Of a stretch of DNA of 50,860 nucleotides, positions 23,390 to 33,947 are shown one piece after another. The translations under genes were made by a program, and so were the position numbers. How positions within the stretch are numbered: the first letter of the stretch is position 1; every line of letters starts with the position of its first letter. The DNA lies in contig CAXXJS010000065.1 in assembly GCA_963662665.2 (NCBI GenBank), positions 1 to 50,860 on the forward strand. The letters are read 5' to 3'. A model generated the notes under the pieces. The model was not told where the DNA came from, ran no database searches, and saw only the letters and a list, made by a program, of their open reading frames with translations. This DNA comes from Candidatus Latescibacterota bacterium (GTDB lineage: Bacteria > Latescibacterota > UBA2968 > GCA-2709665).

Positions 23390-23443
23390 TGAGCTTGTCG
23401 AAATGCCCGCGTTTAGATGCCCTTCGACCCTTCGACAAGCTCA
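23390..23443. repeat. REP-like inverted repeat TGAGCTTGTCGAA / TTCGACAAGCTCA
   Basis: Perfect 13-bp inverted repeat (23390-23402 / 23431-23443) in an intergenic region. Confidence 0.7.
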
Positions 23444-23691
23444 GGGTTCGGCTCAGGATTCAGGTGCTGGTTCGTGATCCTGCTTCATGCGCCGCACGTA
23501 ACCTGCCGAAGCGATGCGAGTTGGGCCACTCGACTGCCAAATTCAGGCAACCTGCCCCGCACAGAACATTAACTGAATCCAATTCAATACAAAAGCGAAT
23601 GATTGACATAGATTGTATTCCAAAAAGGAATAGATTGTAACTGCCTGTGCTGCGTCTCCCGAAGCAGGCTCAGCGTCCACCTTCGCCGACG

Positions 23692-24666
23692 TCATCCCGC
23701 CTCGGTAATCCGGTACAACGGCGCCAGCCCGCGTGCGATCCGGTCCACGTTCTCCGCGCAGGCCTCCCCCCGCCTCCTGGATGTGCCATACGTCTGGCCC
23801 GCGGTATGGGGCGTGGCGACGACGTTCGGCATGTGCACGAAAGGATGGTCGGGAGGCAGTGGCTCCTGGGCGAACACGTCCAGCCCTGCGCCCCTGATCC
23901 GCCCGATTTGGAGCGCCTCGATCAGTGCGTCCTCATCTACAATTTCCCCTCGCGCCACGTTGATCAGCACCGCCGTGGATTTCATCGCCGCCAGCGCCGG
24001 ACCGTCGATCATGTGCCGCGTTTTCGACGTCAGCGGCACGTGCAGGGAAACGTAGTCGGCCCGCGCGAGTACGGTCTTCAGTTTCGATGGCGAGGCAAAC
24101 ACCTCCACGCCCAGTTCATCCAGCCTTTCCCGGGGGATATCCACAGCGTCAACGGCCGCAATCCGCATTCCCATCGCCTGGGCACGCGCCGCCAGCGCCT
24201 GTCCGCTCGCGCCCAACCCCACCAGCCCGAGGGTCTTTCCCTCCAGTTCCTCGCTCAGCGGAAAGTAAAACACCTTTGACCGGAGATTCCGCACGTGTTC
24301 GTCAAACCGTTTCGCGAAATAGAGCATCAAGAACATCGCGTGCTCCGCCAGGGCAACCGCGCTGAACGGGCCGGGCGTATTGGCAAGCATCAGACCCTTT
24401 TCGAGGAAATACGGTACGTCAACGTGGTCCACTCCGGTTCCCAGCACCTGCCACAGCTTCACGCGGGCAGAAAGCGCGGCGTCGATCAGGGCTCGCGTAC
24501 CCACCGACCCGCCTTGATCCACCACCACGTCCACGTCCTCGAATTGCCCGACCATGGGTTTCGCGGGATCGTACAGGCATACCGTATGCCCTCCCCCCAC
24601 CGCCGACCTGAAATCGTCGTACCACGGTTGGAGCATACCCGGCACCGTCAGATACAGAACTTTCAT
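23692..24666 (-). CDS. D-isomer specific 2-hydroxyacid dehydrogenase
   Basis: GLVGLGASG, INVARG, LDVFAQEPL, TPHTAG. Confidence 0.92.
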   Translation of the reverse strand: MKVLYLTVPGMLQPWYDDFRSAVGGGHTVCLYDPAKPMVGQFEDVDVVVDQGGSVGTRALIDAALSARVKLWQVLGTGVDHVDVPYFLEKGLMLANTPGPFSAVALAEHAMFLMLYFAKRFDEHVRNLRSKVFYFPLSEELEGKTLGLVGLGASGQALAARAQAMGMRIAAVDAVDIPRERLDELGVEVFASPSKLKTVLARADYVSLHVPLTSKTRHMIDGPALAAMKSTAVLINVARGEIVDEDALIEALQIGRIRGAGLDVFAQEPLPPDHPFVHMPNVVATPHTAGQTYGTSRRRGEACAENVDRIARGLAPLYRITEAG

Positions 24667-25118
24667 GTGTTACCTTTCTCCGGATTTCCTGCTTAGATGC
24701 CAGGTCCCGACCTGTCGCGCTTCGGGACTGCGTTCCGGGCGGAACGGACCTTAACTCTCACTTCTACCTTTTGTCTTCTTCGTCCTTAATCTTATGCGCG
24801 CAAGTTAAAGGACCGAGAAAAAGCTGCAAAAAACACGATTTCGAAAAAGATGGGCTGTTCGCCGGGCTCACAAGGTCTTTTCCTTCTTACTTTTTGTTTT
24901 TTATTATTTTACGCCCTTTTTCTTTCTCGCGCCAAAAAGAACGGCGCCGCTCGGCGCGGGGCCGGTTTTTCCACGAATCCCCTCAGTGGCATACACAGGC
25001 GGCTGTGCCCTGCGTATGAATCCGACCCTGCGGTACTTCAATGCTGGACGGAATAGCGTGGAAAAACCCCCCGCCCCTCCACCGGTCGCACGAAAGGCAT
25101 AATGCGCGATGGGGCGAG

Positions 25119-25277
25119 ACCTACCCCCCAACCCCCTTCCTGAACGAAGGGGGAACGGCGATTGGTCAATGCCTCGGCGAGGCGACTCCTGGCTTTCCTC
25201 CCCCTCTCCCACGGGAGAGGGAGTCGGGGGGTGAGGGCGCTCTTGATTCAAGCTGACGGCTGATCGCTGATAGCTGC
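25119..25277. repeat. Composite intergenic repeat (inverted orientation) plus an extra REP-like hairpin
   Basis: ACCTACCCCCAACCCCTTCC..GAAGGGG; CCCCTCTCCCACGGGAGAGGG..GGGGGGTGAGGG; AGCTGACGGCTGATCGCTGATAGCTG. Confidence 0.75.
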
Positions 25278-25282
25278 TCTTT

Positions 25283-27331
25283 CTAATAATTATGAAACCC
25301 GTGCCCGTTACCGGGAAACCAGATCAGGTCGATCACCTGCGCGATGCCGATTCCAACGCAATACCCGATCACCGTCCCGTAGAAGAACGGTTTGGCCTTT
25401 TCGTACATCCGCGGTCCGCCGTAGTGCACGATCAGCAGTTTGGCAGCCCACACCAACATGATGCTCAGCACATAATAACGGGGCCCCGTCGTATACTGGA
25501 ACGCCAGTCCCAGCGGGTGCAGCGGCCACCAGGGAAACCAGGTTCGCAGCAGCGCCAGCAGGCCTGCCTCGGCGGCGCCGAACAGCCAGACGCCGAGCTT
25601 CTGCGGGTCGAATACGGTCCTGTCCGTTTCACCGATGGACGTTGCCAGGCCGTTGAATATGCCGTGCGGACCCTCCCACAACGTCCATGACCGCAGAAAC
25701 AGTGCGGACTCCGTATAGCAGTAATAGACGATGAAGCCCACGCAAACCAGGAAGCTGACCACGAATCCGACAAAAACCGTCCCGCCAATCCATCCCCGGC
25801 GGGCCTTCAGATGGTCCATCGCCTTCAGGTGATGCGGTAACATCTGAATCGTCTGCAGCCGACCCCCACCGAAGAAGACGCTACTGTTCAATAGCCCCAA
25901 TCCGACCAGGTTGCGGGTATCCATTGTCGCCGTGCCCGTGATGGACTTCAGCCACCAACCGCCCTTGCCGCCCACCGGAACCAGATACCCGAACCCCGTC
26001 GCCGCCATGTATTTCGCCACCGTGAAATACGCAATGAACATCAACGTCATCTGCCCAAGGGCGAGGCTGAACGAGAGGCCCACGGCCATGAAGAATCCAC
26101 AGACAAAACTCGCGCAGACCAGGAGCCCCGCCACCGCGGTCCTGTAGGACACCGGACCCTCTCCTTCGCCGCCCCCTTCCCAGGCTTTCCTCCACACGTA
26201 CGCAAGGTGACGCCTGGCCATCCACAGCGACCACAAGACCAGGACCGTCATTGCCCCGTGGCTTTCAAGATTGACGATTTCGTTTCCGGTTGAGGGCTGC
26301 CCCGCCAGGCCCACCGTGAATCCGGTCCGGTTCATCACGCCCACCTTCACCACCGCAAGCAAGCCCATGAACCAGAAACTGAACAGCAGGTCCAGGCGGC
26401 ACAGATAACCCAGGCCGATCACCAGCGGCAGAACCCTGTAATAGACGCGAGGGAAATTGTGGGCCACCACCATCCACTTGGTATTTACCGAATCGAACAG
26501 CGTGACGCGGGGTACCTGTGGATACCAGAACGTGATGATATTCCAGCAGATGATTCCGGCGGTCCAGGCGAACCCGAACCAGAACACCGGAGACCGAAAG
26601 AGCAGCGGAATGCAACGACCGCGTCCGATTCCCTCGGTAAGGTCCGAGGGAAAACTAACCAGCGGATAGGTCAACCGCTCGGCGTCGGCCCACTGGCGAT
26701 GAAAGATCGTCGTTACAAAAAAGGCCACGCCCACCATGGCGAGGCTGCCCGCCAGCCACCAGCCCACCGGCGCCAGCCACCCGGACCACGGAACGGTCTC
26801 TCCCTTGCGCAGCCCGAAATAGAACCGATCTACAATTTCAGGTACGGGTTCGGGGAACGCCCAGTGCGGCAGTTCGTCGAGGAACAGGTCGGCCCAGCGG
26901 TTCTCGGGAGTCGCGAAGAAGTGCGGCGCGGGCAGCGCGCCGGTCATATATCCCGTCCACCCCACCCCGGGCATCATCCCCGCGATCCAGGCCATGGCGA
27001 AGATGACCATCATCTCGGTGCGGGAAAGCACGCTCCCGGGCGCAACCCGGGCGATCACCATATTGATGGCCACCCAGATTGTGAATACCAGAATCAGCGA
27101 TACCGGAAAATTTGACTTGACCAGCGACCCGACGTGCAGCACCATCGACCCGGCGATGCCGTAATAGGCCGACGCGGCCGCCGTCAACAAACCCAGGACC
27201 ACCGATCGCGCGGTGATGCCGTTACGCCCGGATGCGGGTTCTTCCAATCCGTTCTCGTGATCCGTTAGACGCGCCCGGGCCATCTCCGCGGTCCCCTGGC
27301 GAAACCGGCGTGCCGCCGGTGGTTCGGTCAT
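25283..27331 (-). CDS. Multi-pass membrane protein, DUF6785/DUF6784-like putative peptide transporter
   Basis: ITARSVVLGLL, TPENRW, RQWADAERLTYP, FPWWPLHPLG, YEKAKPFFYG; many TM segments; start may be 27283. Confidence 0.8.
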   Translation of the reverse strand: MTEPPAARRFRQGTAEMARARLTDHENGLEEPASGRNGITARSVVLGLLTAAASAYYGIAGSMVLHVGSLVKSNFPVSLILVFTIWVAINMVIARVAPGSVLSRTEMMVIFAMAWIAGMMPGVGWTGYMTGALPAPHFFATPENRWADLFLDELPHWAFPEPVPEIVDRFYFGLRKGETVPWSGWLAPVGWWLAGSLAMVGVAFFVTTIFHRQWADAERLTYPLVSFPSDLTEGIGRGRCIPLLFRSPVFWFGFAWTAGIICWNIITFWYPQVPRVTLFDSVNTKWMVVAHNFPRVYYRVLPLVIGLGYLCRLDLLFSFWFMGLLAVVKVGVMNRTGFTVGLAGQPSTGNEIVNLESHGAMTVLVLWSLWMARRHLAYVWRKAWEGGGEGEGPVSYRTAVAGLLVCASFVCGFFMAVGLSFSLALGQMTLMFIAYFTVAKYMAATGFGYLVPVGGKGGWWLKSITGTATMDTRNLVGLGLLNSSVFFGGGRLQTIQMLPHHLKAMDHLKARRGWIGGTVFVGFVVSFLVCVGFIVYYCYTESALFLRSWTLWEGPHGIFNGLATSIGETDRTVFDPQKLGVWLFGAAEAGLLALLRTWFPWWPLHPLGLAFQYTTGPRYYVLSIMLVWAAKLLIVHYGGPRMYEKAKPFFYGTVIGYCVGIGIAQVIDLIWFPGNGHGFHNY

Positions 27332-27441
27332 CCCCGCCGTCTCGATATGGTTCCGCCGGATCCCAGGCGAACATCTTCCCCCGCCTCACTCCTGCGGATT
27401 CAGGGCCGGAAGCAGGTTGGAAAATCGGAATCCCTTGCGTC

Positions 27442-28273
27442 TCATCCGCCCGGAACAAACCGCCTGAGATAGTCCACGGCTTTCGGAACCGCCGTCTCCT
27501 CCGCCTCCACGGCCTGACCCTCATAGACCACGGAAACCCAGCCGTTGTAGTCGACGCGCCTAAGGATATCAAAAATCCTCGGATAGTCCAGCCAGGCCTC
27601 CTCGCCGGTCTGAATCCTGTAAATCTTCGCGCGCACGTGTACGGCCAGCGGCGCCGTTTCCGCGATGCTTCCGTAAAAATCCAGCGCGGGATCTTCCCTG
27701 CCGTTCGCGCCGCTGGCCCCCGGCGACCCCACGTACTGACCGGTATCCAGAATATGCGAGAGATAGGGATTGTTCACGGTTTCGATAATATGACGGACGT
27801 CCTTTCCGGTCCGGGTCACGCAACCGTGGTTGTGGTTGTGCAGGCCCAGCACCACGCCCTTCTCTTCACCATAGGCCACAACCTCCCGCATACACGGCAT
27901 CATCCGCACCCGCACCTCGTCCTCGCTTGCACCGCCGCGCACCCACGCCGCGAATATCCGCACCATCGGGACCCCCCATGAAGGCCGCCACGTCAACCCA
28001 CTCCTTGACCTCCGAAACCGCGCTATCGAGTTCGGATTCCGGCCTGCCGAAATCGTTGCTCACCCCTATATAGGAAATCGCAAGGCCGCGCTTCAGACAA
28101 CGCATCCTGATTTCCCGCAGGTACGCCGGTTCGGTGGAGGCAAATGCCCGCGTATGGACATCGATGCCGTCCAGCCGCAACTCATACGCGCGATCGATAA
28201 ACCCCTCCAGGTCCATGGTTCCGGCCGCGAACCGGTCCTTATAACTGAGCGACATACACCCCAATTTCATCAT
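27442..28273 (-). pseudogene. Sugar phosphate isomerase/epimerase (xylose-isomerase-like TIM barrel), split by a +1 frameshift
   Basis: ORFs 27866-28273 and 27442-27996 join as VAAFMG-VPMVRIFAAW if one C is removed from C6 at 27972-27977; LHNHNH, LDTG, HVRAK, VVYEG motifs. May be a sequencing error. Confidence 0.85.
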
Positions 28274-28318
28274 CCTGTCGATCTCCTCGAAAAAGCACGA
28301 CAGCCACCCGTCTATGTC

Positions 28319-29446
28319 TCAGAAACTTCCCAGGACTTCCATTAGTCTGTCGACGTCCCCGGTGCCATTGTACAGGTGTGTCGACACCCGCAAACGGCCG
28401 TATTCCCCCCAGCAAAGTACCCGATGCTCCGCCAGGCGCATTTCCAGCCCCTTTGCGTCGTCAACCGCAAAGCAGGTGTTTCCGGACCGCGCCTCGCGGT
28501 CTTTCGGGCTGATTACCGGAAGGCCGAGCCGCTCGAGCCCCGCGCTGACCTGTTCCGACATGTCCCGCGCATGAGTATCGATCCGATCGATGCCGACCGA
28601 CATCAACACCTCCAGCGCCCTGTCCAGGTGCATCACAACCATCATCGCCGGATTTCCCGGCTCCATCCGGTCGGGCATCGGCTTCTCGTCCACTTCGGGA
28701 TGGCGCTCGGCGCGCTGCGCGGGCCACACGGCCAGATTCCTCCAGCCATAGCACGTCGTCCCGATCTGATCCTCGGCGCGCTCGCTCAGATAACACGGCG
28801 CAACGCCATGCGTTGCCAGCATCCACTTGTAGCTGCTGCTCACGGTCATATCCGTTATTGCTGCGTTTACCCGCACCACGCCGGACGCGTGGGTCACGTC
28901 CGCGGCAAGCAGCACGCCTCTGCCTCGCGTTCCCTCGGAAAGCCGCTCAATATCCAGATTCTGTCCAGTATAGAAACTGACCTGACTCACGGCCAGCACC
29001 CGGGTACGTGAATCCACGGCCGCCAGCAGGTCCGACTCGTGAACAAACCAGTTCCGGTGCGGAACCATCCGCACCTCCACGCCCAGGTCATCCAACTGCT
29101 TCCACGCATACGCCACCGACGGGAACTCCAGGTTCGTCGTCACCACGTTATCCCCCTCCCGCCAGTCCAGCCCCCGCGCCAGCCAGTTGATCCCCTCCGC
29201 CGCCGACGGCACAAACGCGATGCGCCCGGCAGGCACACGCCACAGCTCGCCCAGGCGGCCGCGGCACCGGTCTCCGATCTCATAAATCTCACCCCGCCCG
29301 TCGTATCCTCCGCCTTTCAGGCGGGCAAACTCGCCATAGACCGACTCCTGCGCCTTCAGCCACGGGCTTTCTCCTCCCGTACAGAGATGGGTAATCCCGT
29401 CGAGCCCTACAAATTCATCCGGTGAAATCAGTGGTGCGATCTTCAT
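28319..29446 (-). CDS. Class V PLP aminotransferase (cysteine desulfurase/isopenicillin N epimerase-like)
   Basis: LEFPSV, ADVTHASG, SSSYKWM, LRVSTHLYN; start ATG 29446 after GAGG. Confidence 0.9.
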   Translation of the reverse strand: MKIAPLISPDEFVGLDGITHLCTGGESPWLKAQESVYGEFARLKGGGYDGRGEIYEIGDRCRGRLGELWRVPAGRIAFVPSAAEGINWLARGLDWREGDNVVTTNLEFPSVAYAWKQLDDLGVEVRMVPHRNWFVHESDLLAAVDSRTRVLAVSQVSFYTGQNLDIERLSEGTRGRGVLLAADVTHASGVVRVNAAITDMTVSSSYKWMLATHGVAPCYLSERAEDQIGTTCYGWRNLAVWPAQRAERHPEVDEKPMPDRMEPGNPAMMVVMHLDRALEVLMSVGIDRIDTHARDMSEQVSAGLERLGLPVISPKDREARSGNTCFAVDDAKGLEMRLAEHRVLCWGEYGRLRVSTHLYNGTGDVDRLMEVLGSF

Positions 29447-29475
29447 AGACCCTCGTTCCTGTATCGGCGTGCCCC

Positions 29476-30519
29476 TCATACATGAAAAATGTACAGACTT
29501 CGATCCACTTCGTGCGGCGCCATCCGTGCCCCATCGCGGCGGTGGCTTTCGGCAACCGCGAAACACGCTTCCGTAATGTGGTGCGTGACGTCCACGTTGC
29601 CTAGCGACGGCTCACCCGACTCGTGGGCGGCCACCAGGTCCTCCAGGCACGCGACCACGGCGCTTCGCGGTTCCACCACGGGAAACGCGGCAGCTTCCAC
29701 GGACGGACGACGTCCCTGCTCGGGTTCGGCCTTGCGCAATTCCCAGCCTACCCCGTTGTTCCGAGACCGGATCGCCCCTTCGCTGCCCAATATCTCGAAC
29801 TCCCAGTGGCCCGCCGGGATGGTCCAGGCTTCGACCCCGTCTTCGAATTCCAGGTGGTATCTCGAGACCGGATCGTCGTCCAGGCGGTTGTTCTCTATTG
29901 CCAGGTCCCCGGGAAGAAGCTCTCCCCGCACACTTGCAATCTCGGGATCGCCCAGCAGGTAGGAAAGCGTGTCCATTGAATGAACATGCCCGTGCAGAAG
30001 ATTCGAACGGGCAAAGTGCACGGCCACGCTGACCTTGCCGATTTCCCCCTGCGCGATCAGCGCCCTCGCCGCGTGGTAACGGTTGTCGAACCGCCGCAGG
30101 ACGCCCGTATTGAACACGGTCCCGTGTTCCTGGCAGACATCCCGGACCGCGTCGGCTTCCGCCATCGAACACGCCATTGCCTTTTCCAGGTAGAGCATCG
30201 GTACGCCTGCCCGGGCGACCGCCACCCCCATTTCGGCGTGCAGGACCCCCTTTGTGCACACCGCCACGATGTCCGGTTCTTCCTTCTCGATCATCTCCAG
30301 ATAGTCTTCGTACAATGCACTCACGCCCCATTTCTCCCCAAACGCCCTCCGCTTCTCTTCCAGAAGGTCCGACCCCGCAACGAGTTCAAGGCGCTCGCTC
30401 GCCATACACGAAGCGGCCACCGAATACGGCAACGTGATGGAGGGATAGCCCACCACTTCCTCGTCGATCGTACTGCCCATGCGCCCCAGCCCCACGATGG
30501 CGACCCGATACGTCTTCAT
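29476..30519 (-). CDS. Gfo/Idh/MocA family oxidoreductase
   Basis: IVGLGRMG, PDIVAVCT, LEKAMA, HGHVHSMD. Confidence 0.92.
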   Translation of the reverse strand: MKTYRVAIVGLGRMGSTIDEEVVGYPSITLPYSVAASCMASERLELVAGSDLLEEKRRAFGEKWGVSALYEDYLEMIEKEEPDIVAVCTKGVLHAEMGVAVARAGVPMLYLEKAMACSMAEADAVRDVCQEHGTVFNTGVLRRFDNRYHAARALIAQGEIGKVSVAVHFARSNLLHGHVHSMDTLSYLLGDPEIASVRGELLPGDLAIENNRLDDDPVSRYHLEFEDGVEAWTIPAGHWEFEILGSEGAIRSRNNGVGWELRKAEPEQGRRPSVEAAAFPVVEPRSAVVACLEDLVAAHESGEPSLGNVDVTHHITEACFAVAESHRRDGARMAPHEVDRSLYIFHV

Positions 30520-30851
30520 CCGCCTGCTCCTTTTGAATAATTGCGAAAAACGCGATTGTTCCTGATTCCGAAGCGCCGGTCCGAATTAAGGATAAGCTTT
30601 CAGCACTCATCGATCAGCGCACCCGGCCGCAGCCCGTATGGACTTTTTCAACGGGCTGATAGGGAGGCGGGTGAACTGCATTTTAACACGCCAAATCAGA
30701 GGCGTCAAGGCCAAAAAAGAACTTTCAGGTAGCCCCACGGGGCTTGCGCCGGTGTTTGCCATGCCCTATTTTAGTCCGGCGTATCGAGAAAACTCCCGAT
30801 CGATCCAGTTTCAATGTTTCACAATCGACTATGGCATCAGGGGCATTCCCA

Positions 30852-31388
30852 ATGCAAGAAGGCCACGTCATTGGATCTTTCCTGATTGAGGGAACCGAAA
30901 CGCGCTTCCGGTATCCTCGATGGAGGGACCTGGACGCCTTCATCGACATGCACCGCACGCTCACGCTCGAAAAAGTCATGTGCAGGCGCCTCGAGCTCGA
31001 TGCCGTCTCAGGGAGACGGGAACTCTCGCAGGCCCTGGTCGGCCTGAACCAGAACAAGTCCAGTTATATCCTTGTGGAACAGGACGGCGCTCTTGTGGGA
31101 GAGGGATTCACCCTGAGAAGCGGCCACGAATACCAGACCATCGGCCTTGCCCTCGTCGCCCGCGCCCGCGGCCGGGGAATCGGCACCCGCCTGATGCAAG
31201 TTCTGGAAGACGAGTCCCGGAGGCTCGGCGCGCGCAGGCTGTATCTCACCGTCTGGTCCGCCAATGTCTCCGCGGTTCACGTCTACCGCAAAGTCGGTTA
31301 CGTCGAATCCGGCCGCCGTCCGGACTGGGTATTGATGGACTCCGGCGAGACCTGCGACCTGATCGATATGGTGAAGATCATCGAATAA
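30852..31388 (+). CDS. GNAT family N-acetyltransferase
   Basis: ARGRGIGTRLM, LTVWSANVSAVHVYRKVGYVESG; start taken at ATG 30852. Confidence 0.88.
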   Translation: MQEGHVIGSFLIEGTETRFRYPRWRDLDAFIDMHRTLTLEKVMCRRLELDAVSGRRELSQALVGLNQNKSSYILVEQDGALVGEGFTLRSGHEYQTIGLALVARARGRGIGTRLMQVLEDESRRLGARRLYLTVWSANVSAVHVYRKVGYVESGRRPDWVLMDSGETCDLIDMVKIIE

Positions 31389-31510
31389 TAGCTGTCAGCT
31401 ATTAACTTTCAGCCGTCAGCTAAAAACGAAAGGCAAAGTCAAGAGCCACATCCCCTCCCAGCCACGCAGACCTCTCCCCCCGGCCCCCTCTCCCAAGGGA
31501 GAGGGGGAGG
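31389..31510. repeat. Composite intergenic repeat: heptamer array + G/C REP-like hairpin
   Basis: TAGCTGTCAGCTATTAACTTTCAGCCGTCAGCTA followed by ACCTCTCCCCCCGGCCCCCTCTCCCAAGGGAGAGGGGGAG. Confidence 0.75.
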
Positions 31511-31568
31511 ACAAGCGGACTTGTCGCAGTTTCAATTCAGGTATCGTCAAGAATTCTCGGAGTCTTGA

Positions 31569-32807
31569 ATGAGGTTGACGTGTGAAGAAAAGGCGATGCT
31601 GGCCGGGGAGATGGGGCCCGCCGCGGGCGAAGCGCTCACGCAGCAGATGAAGGTAGCCTCGTTCTTTCGCGCGGAGGACTTCGTACCCGTTCGAACGGTT
31701 CACGTGATGGCGGATATCGAGGCACTGGCGGACCCTGGGCTCCGTTTTCTGGAAGAAACCGCGGCACTGGGCGCACGATTCCGGGTGCCTGTAACGACCA
31801 ATCCCAGGAGCGTGGACTTCGCCCTGTGGCGGGACCTGGGACAGGACGAGGATACGGTAACCAGGGAACATCGTATTGTGGATGCGCTAACGGCGATGGG
31901 CGCGCTTCCTTGCAACACCTGCATCAACTATCAGACCGTGGACCCGCCGCGATTCGGCGAACACCTGGGCTGGGGCGATACGGGCACGGTAATCTTCGCG
32001 AACTCGGTTGCCGGCGCCAGATCCAACTTTGAGGCGGGGCCAGCCGCCGTGTGGGCGGGGTTGACGGGCCGGGTGCCACGCTACGGGTACCACCTTCCCG
32101 AAAAGCGGCGGGGGACCGTGCGCGTGCTGGTTGAGGATCAGCCCCGGTCCAACAGCGATTGGGGCGCGCTCGGCTGCGCTGTTGGGCGGAAGGTGGACGA
32201 CTACTGGCGTGTGCCGGTGTTCGAAGGCGTTGACGGGAAACCGTCGACCGACGACCTGAAGCACCTCGGCGCGGCGCTGGCCAGTTACGGGTCGCTGGCA
32301 ATGTTCCACATGGTGGGGGTGACGCCCGAAGCCCGAACGGCCGAAGAAGCATACGGGGGTGGAAAACCGGACGAGACGATTGTGATATCGCCCGGGACGC
32401 TACGGGCGGCGTACGATTCCTTCCAGCCGGAGAAGGAGGCCGTGGACCTCGTGGTGTGCGGCACGCCTCAGCTTTCCCTGTTCGAACTTCAGTCAATCGT
32501 GGAACTGCTGCGGGGACGGCGCGTGCACCCCGACTCGAAGCTGTATCTCACCACCAATTATCAGATCAAAGCGCTGGCGGACCGGATGGGATATACCGAA
32601 GTCGTAGAAACAGCGGGAGGTAGAATACTGAGTGGGGTCTGTTTCTATATTATGAACGCCCGGGTGCTTCGGGAACGGTTTCAGTATCGCACGCTGGTGA
32701 CGAATTCCGCCAAACTGGCGAATATTATCTCGGGATATGGATACAACCCGGTGTTCCGGCCGGTGGAAACGTGCCTGGACGCCGCGGTGACGGGAAGGGT
32801 CCGATGA
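31569..32807 (+). CDS. Aconitase X catalytic (large) subunit (DUF521)
   Basis: MRLTCEEKAMLAGEMG, TTNP, TCINY, ANSVAGARSN, KHLGAALAS..LAMFHMVGVTPEA, TNSAK. Confidence 0.92.
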   Translation: MRLTCEEKAMLAGEMGPAAGEALTQQMKVASFFRAEDFVPVRTVHVMADIEALADPGLRFLEETAALGARFRVPVTTNPRSVDFALWRDLGQDEDTVTREHRIVDALTAMGALPCNTCINYQTVDPPRFGEHLGWGDTGTVIFANSVAGARSNFEAGPAAVWAGLTGRVPRYGYHLPEKRRGTVRVLVEDQPRSNSDWGALGCAVGRKVDDYWRVPVFEGVDGKPSTDDLKHLGAALASYGSLAMFHMVGVTPEARTAEEAYGGGKPDETIVISPGTLRAAYDSFQPEKEAVDLVVCGTPQLSLFELQSIVELLRGRRVHPDSKLYLTTNYQIKALADRMGYTEVVETAGGRILSGVCFYIMNARVLRERFQYRTLVTNSAKLANIISGYGYNPVFRPVETCLDAAVTGRVR

Positions 32808-32868
32808 AGACCCGCAGTAAAGGTTGTCCCGCTCCCCACGCCTTCCCGGAGAGTTGAAAGAACGAACA

Positions 32869-33297
32869 ATGACCGAGACCACGGTACTTCGCGGGCATCC
32901 GGGCGTCGGACCCAACGCGGAAGGTGTCGCGCTGGTCTGCGAGGAAGGCTTCAGCGCCAGGTACGACTATGACCGGTACACGGGTGTGATCAGCCGGGAG
33001 ACCCACCCGCTCTACGGGCAGTCGATCGCCGGAAAAATCGTCGTGTTCCGCACGTCCAAGGGCGGCGTGGCCACGTCGTGGATGATGCTGGACATGGTGG
33101 CGCGGGGAACCTGCGCGGCGGGGTTTATCTTCGGGAGTACGAACCCGGTGATGGTGCAGGGCGCCGTGCTGGCCAACGTGGCGCTGATGCACGAACTGGA
33201 TCCCGATCCGCTGGCGACCATCCGGACCGGCGATACCGTCCGCATGCGACCAGCGGCAGGGGTGGTGGCGGTGGTGAGGAAGCTCTCAAACGGCTAA
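32869..33297 (+). CDS. Aconitase X swivel (small) subunit (DUF126)
   Basis: AEGVALV, HPLYGQSIAGKIVVF..SKGG, IRTGD; adjacent to the large subunit. Confidence 0.9.
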   Translation: MTETTVLRGHPGVGPNAEGVALVCEEGFSARYDYDRYTGVISRETHPLYGQSIAGKIVVFRTSKGGVATSWMMLDMVARGTCAAGFIFGSTNPVMVQGAVLANVALMHELDPDPLATIRTGDTVRMRPAAGVVAVVRKLSNG

Positions 33298-33446
33298 GGA
33301 CGACACCAGATGGCGTTCCCCTTCTGCTAACTTCACATCATCGCTTCCTTTTGTACGCCACCTGCCGGGTTTCAATACTCAAGACAACAGCCTTCTGATT
33401 TCCCTACGTGCCAATATAGAGTGAGACAACTCCCCCTCCGAGATTA

Positions 33447-33947
33447 ATGTCGTACATTGGGCGGAGAGGAGAACACGAGAGGGGGTCAAGAATCGATGTA
33501 GGAGACAACGGCAGCAAGGGGTCTCTGGTTGTGGAGGTCCCGCGCGGGACCTCCACAACCACGAGGCCGGATCCGGAGGTGCCTGCGCGTGCGAAGCGTC
33601 GCCGGTTCACCGCCCGGTACAAGCTTCGCATTCTGGAAGAGGCGGAGGCTTGCCGGGCCCCTGGCGAAGTAGGCGCACTGCTGCGCCGCGAAGGGTTGTA
33701 TTCCTCGCAGTTGACCCAGTGGCGTCGTGCGCGTCGCGAGGGGTCGCTCAAGGCGCTATCCAAGTTGCGGGGACCCAAGGGACGTCGCCGCGACGAGGTG
33801 GCTGTCGAAAACGAGCAACTGCGCAAGGAAAACGCCCGTTTGCGTCGACGATTGGAACAGGCGAACACGATCCTCGAGATCCAAAAAAAAGCCTCCGAGA
33901 TCCTGGGCATCCCCCTGAACAGTGCGCCAAGCGACGACGACGTATGA
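33447..33947 (+). CDS. IS3 transposase OrfA
   Basis: RRRFTARYKLRIL, LLRREGLYSSQLTQWRR, coiled coil LRKENARL, A8G slippery run at 33883-33891. Confidence 0.88.
   Translation: MSYIGRRGEHERGSRIDVGDNGSKGSLVVEVPRGTSTTTRPDPEVPARAKRRRFTARYKLRILEEAEACRAPGEVGALLRREGLYSSQLTQWRRARREGSLKALSKLRGPKGRRRDEVAVENEQLRKENARLRRRLEQANTILEIQKKASEILGIPLNSAPSDDDV

Noticed and set aside
30630-30658. Hairpin CAGCCCGT/ACGGGCTG containing GACTTTTTCAACGGGCTG, resembling an IS/MITE end
   Set aside because: Single copy with no partner end or target duplication visible
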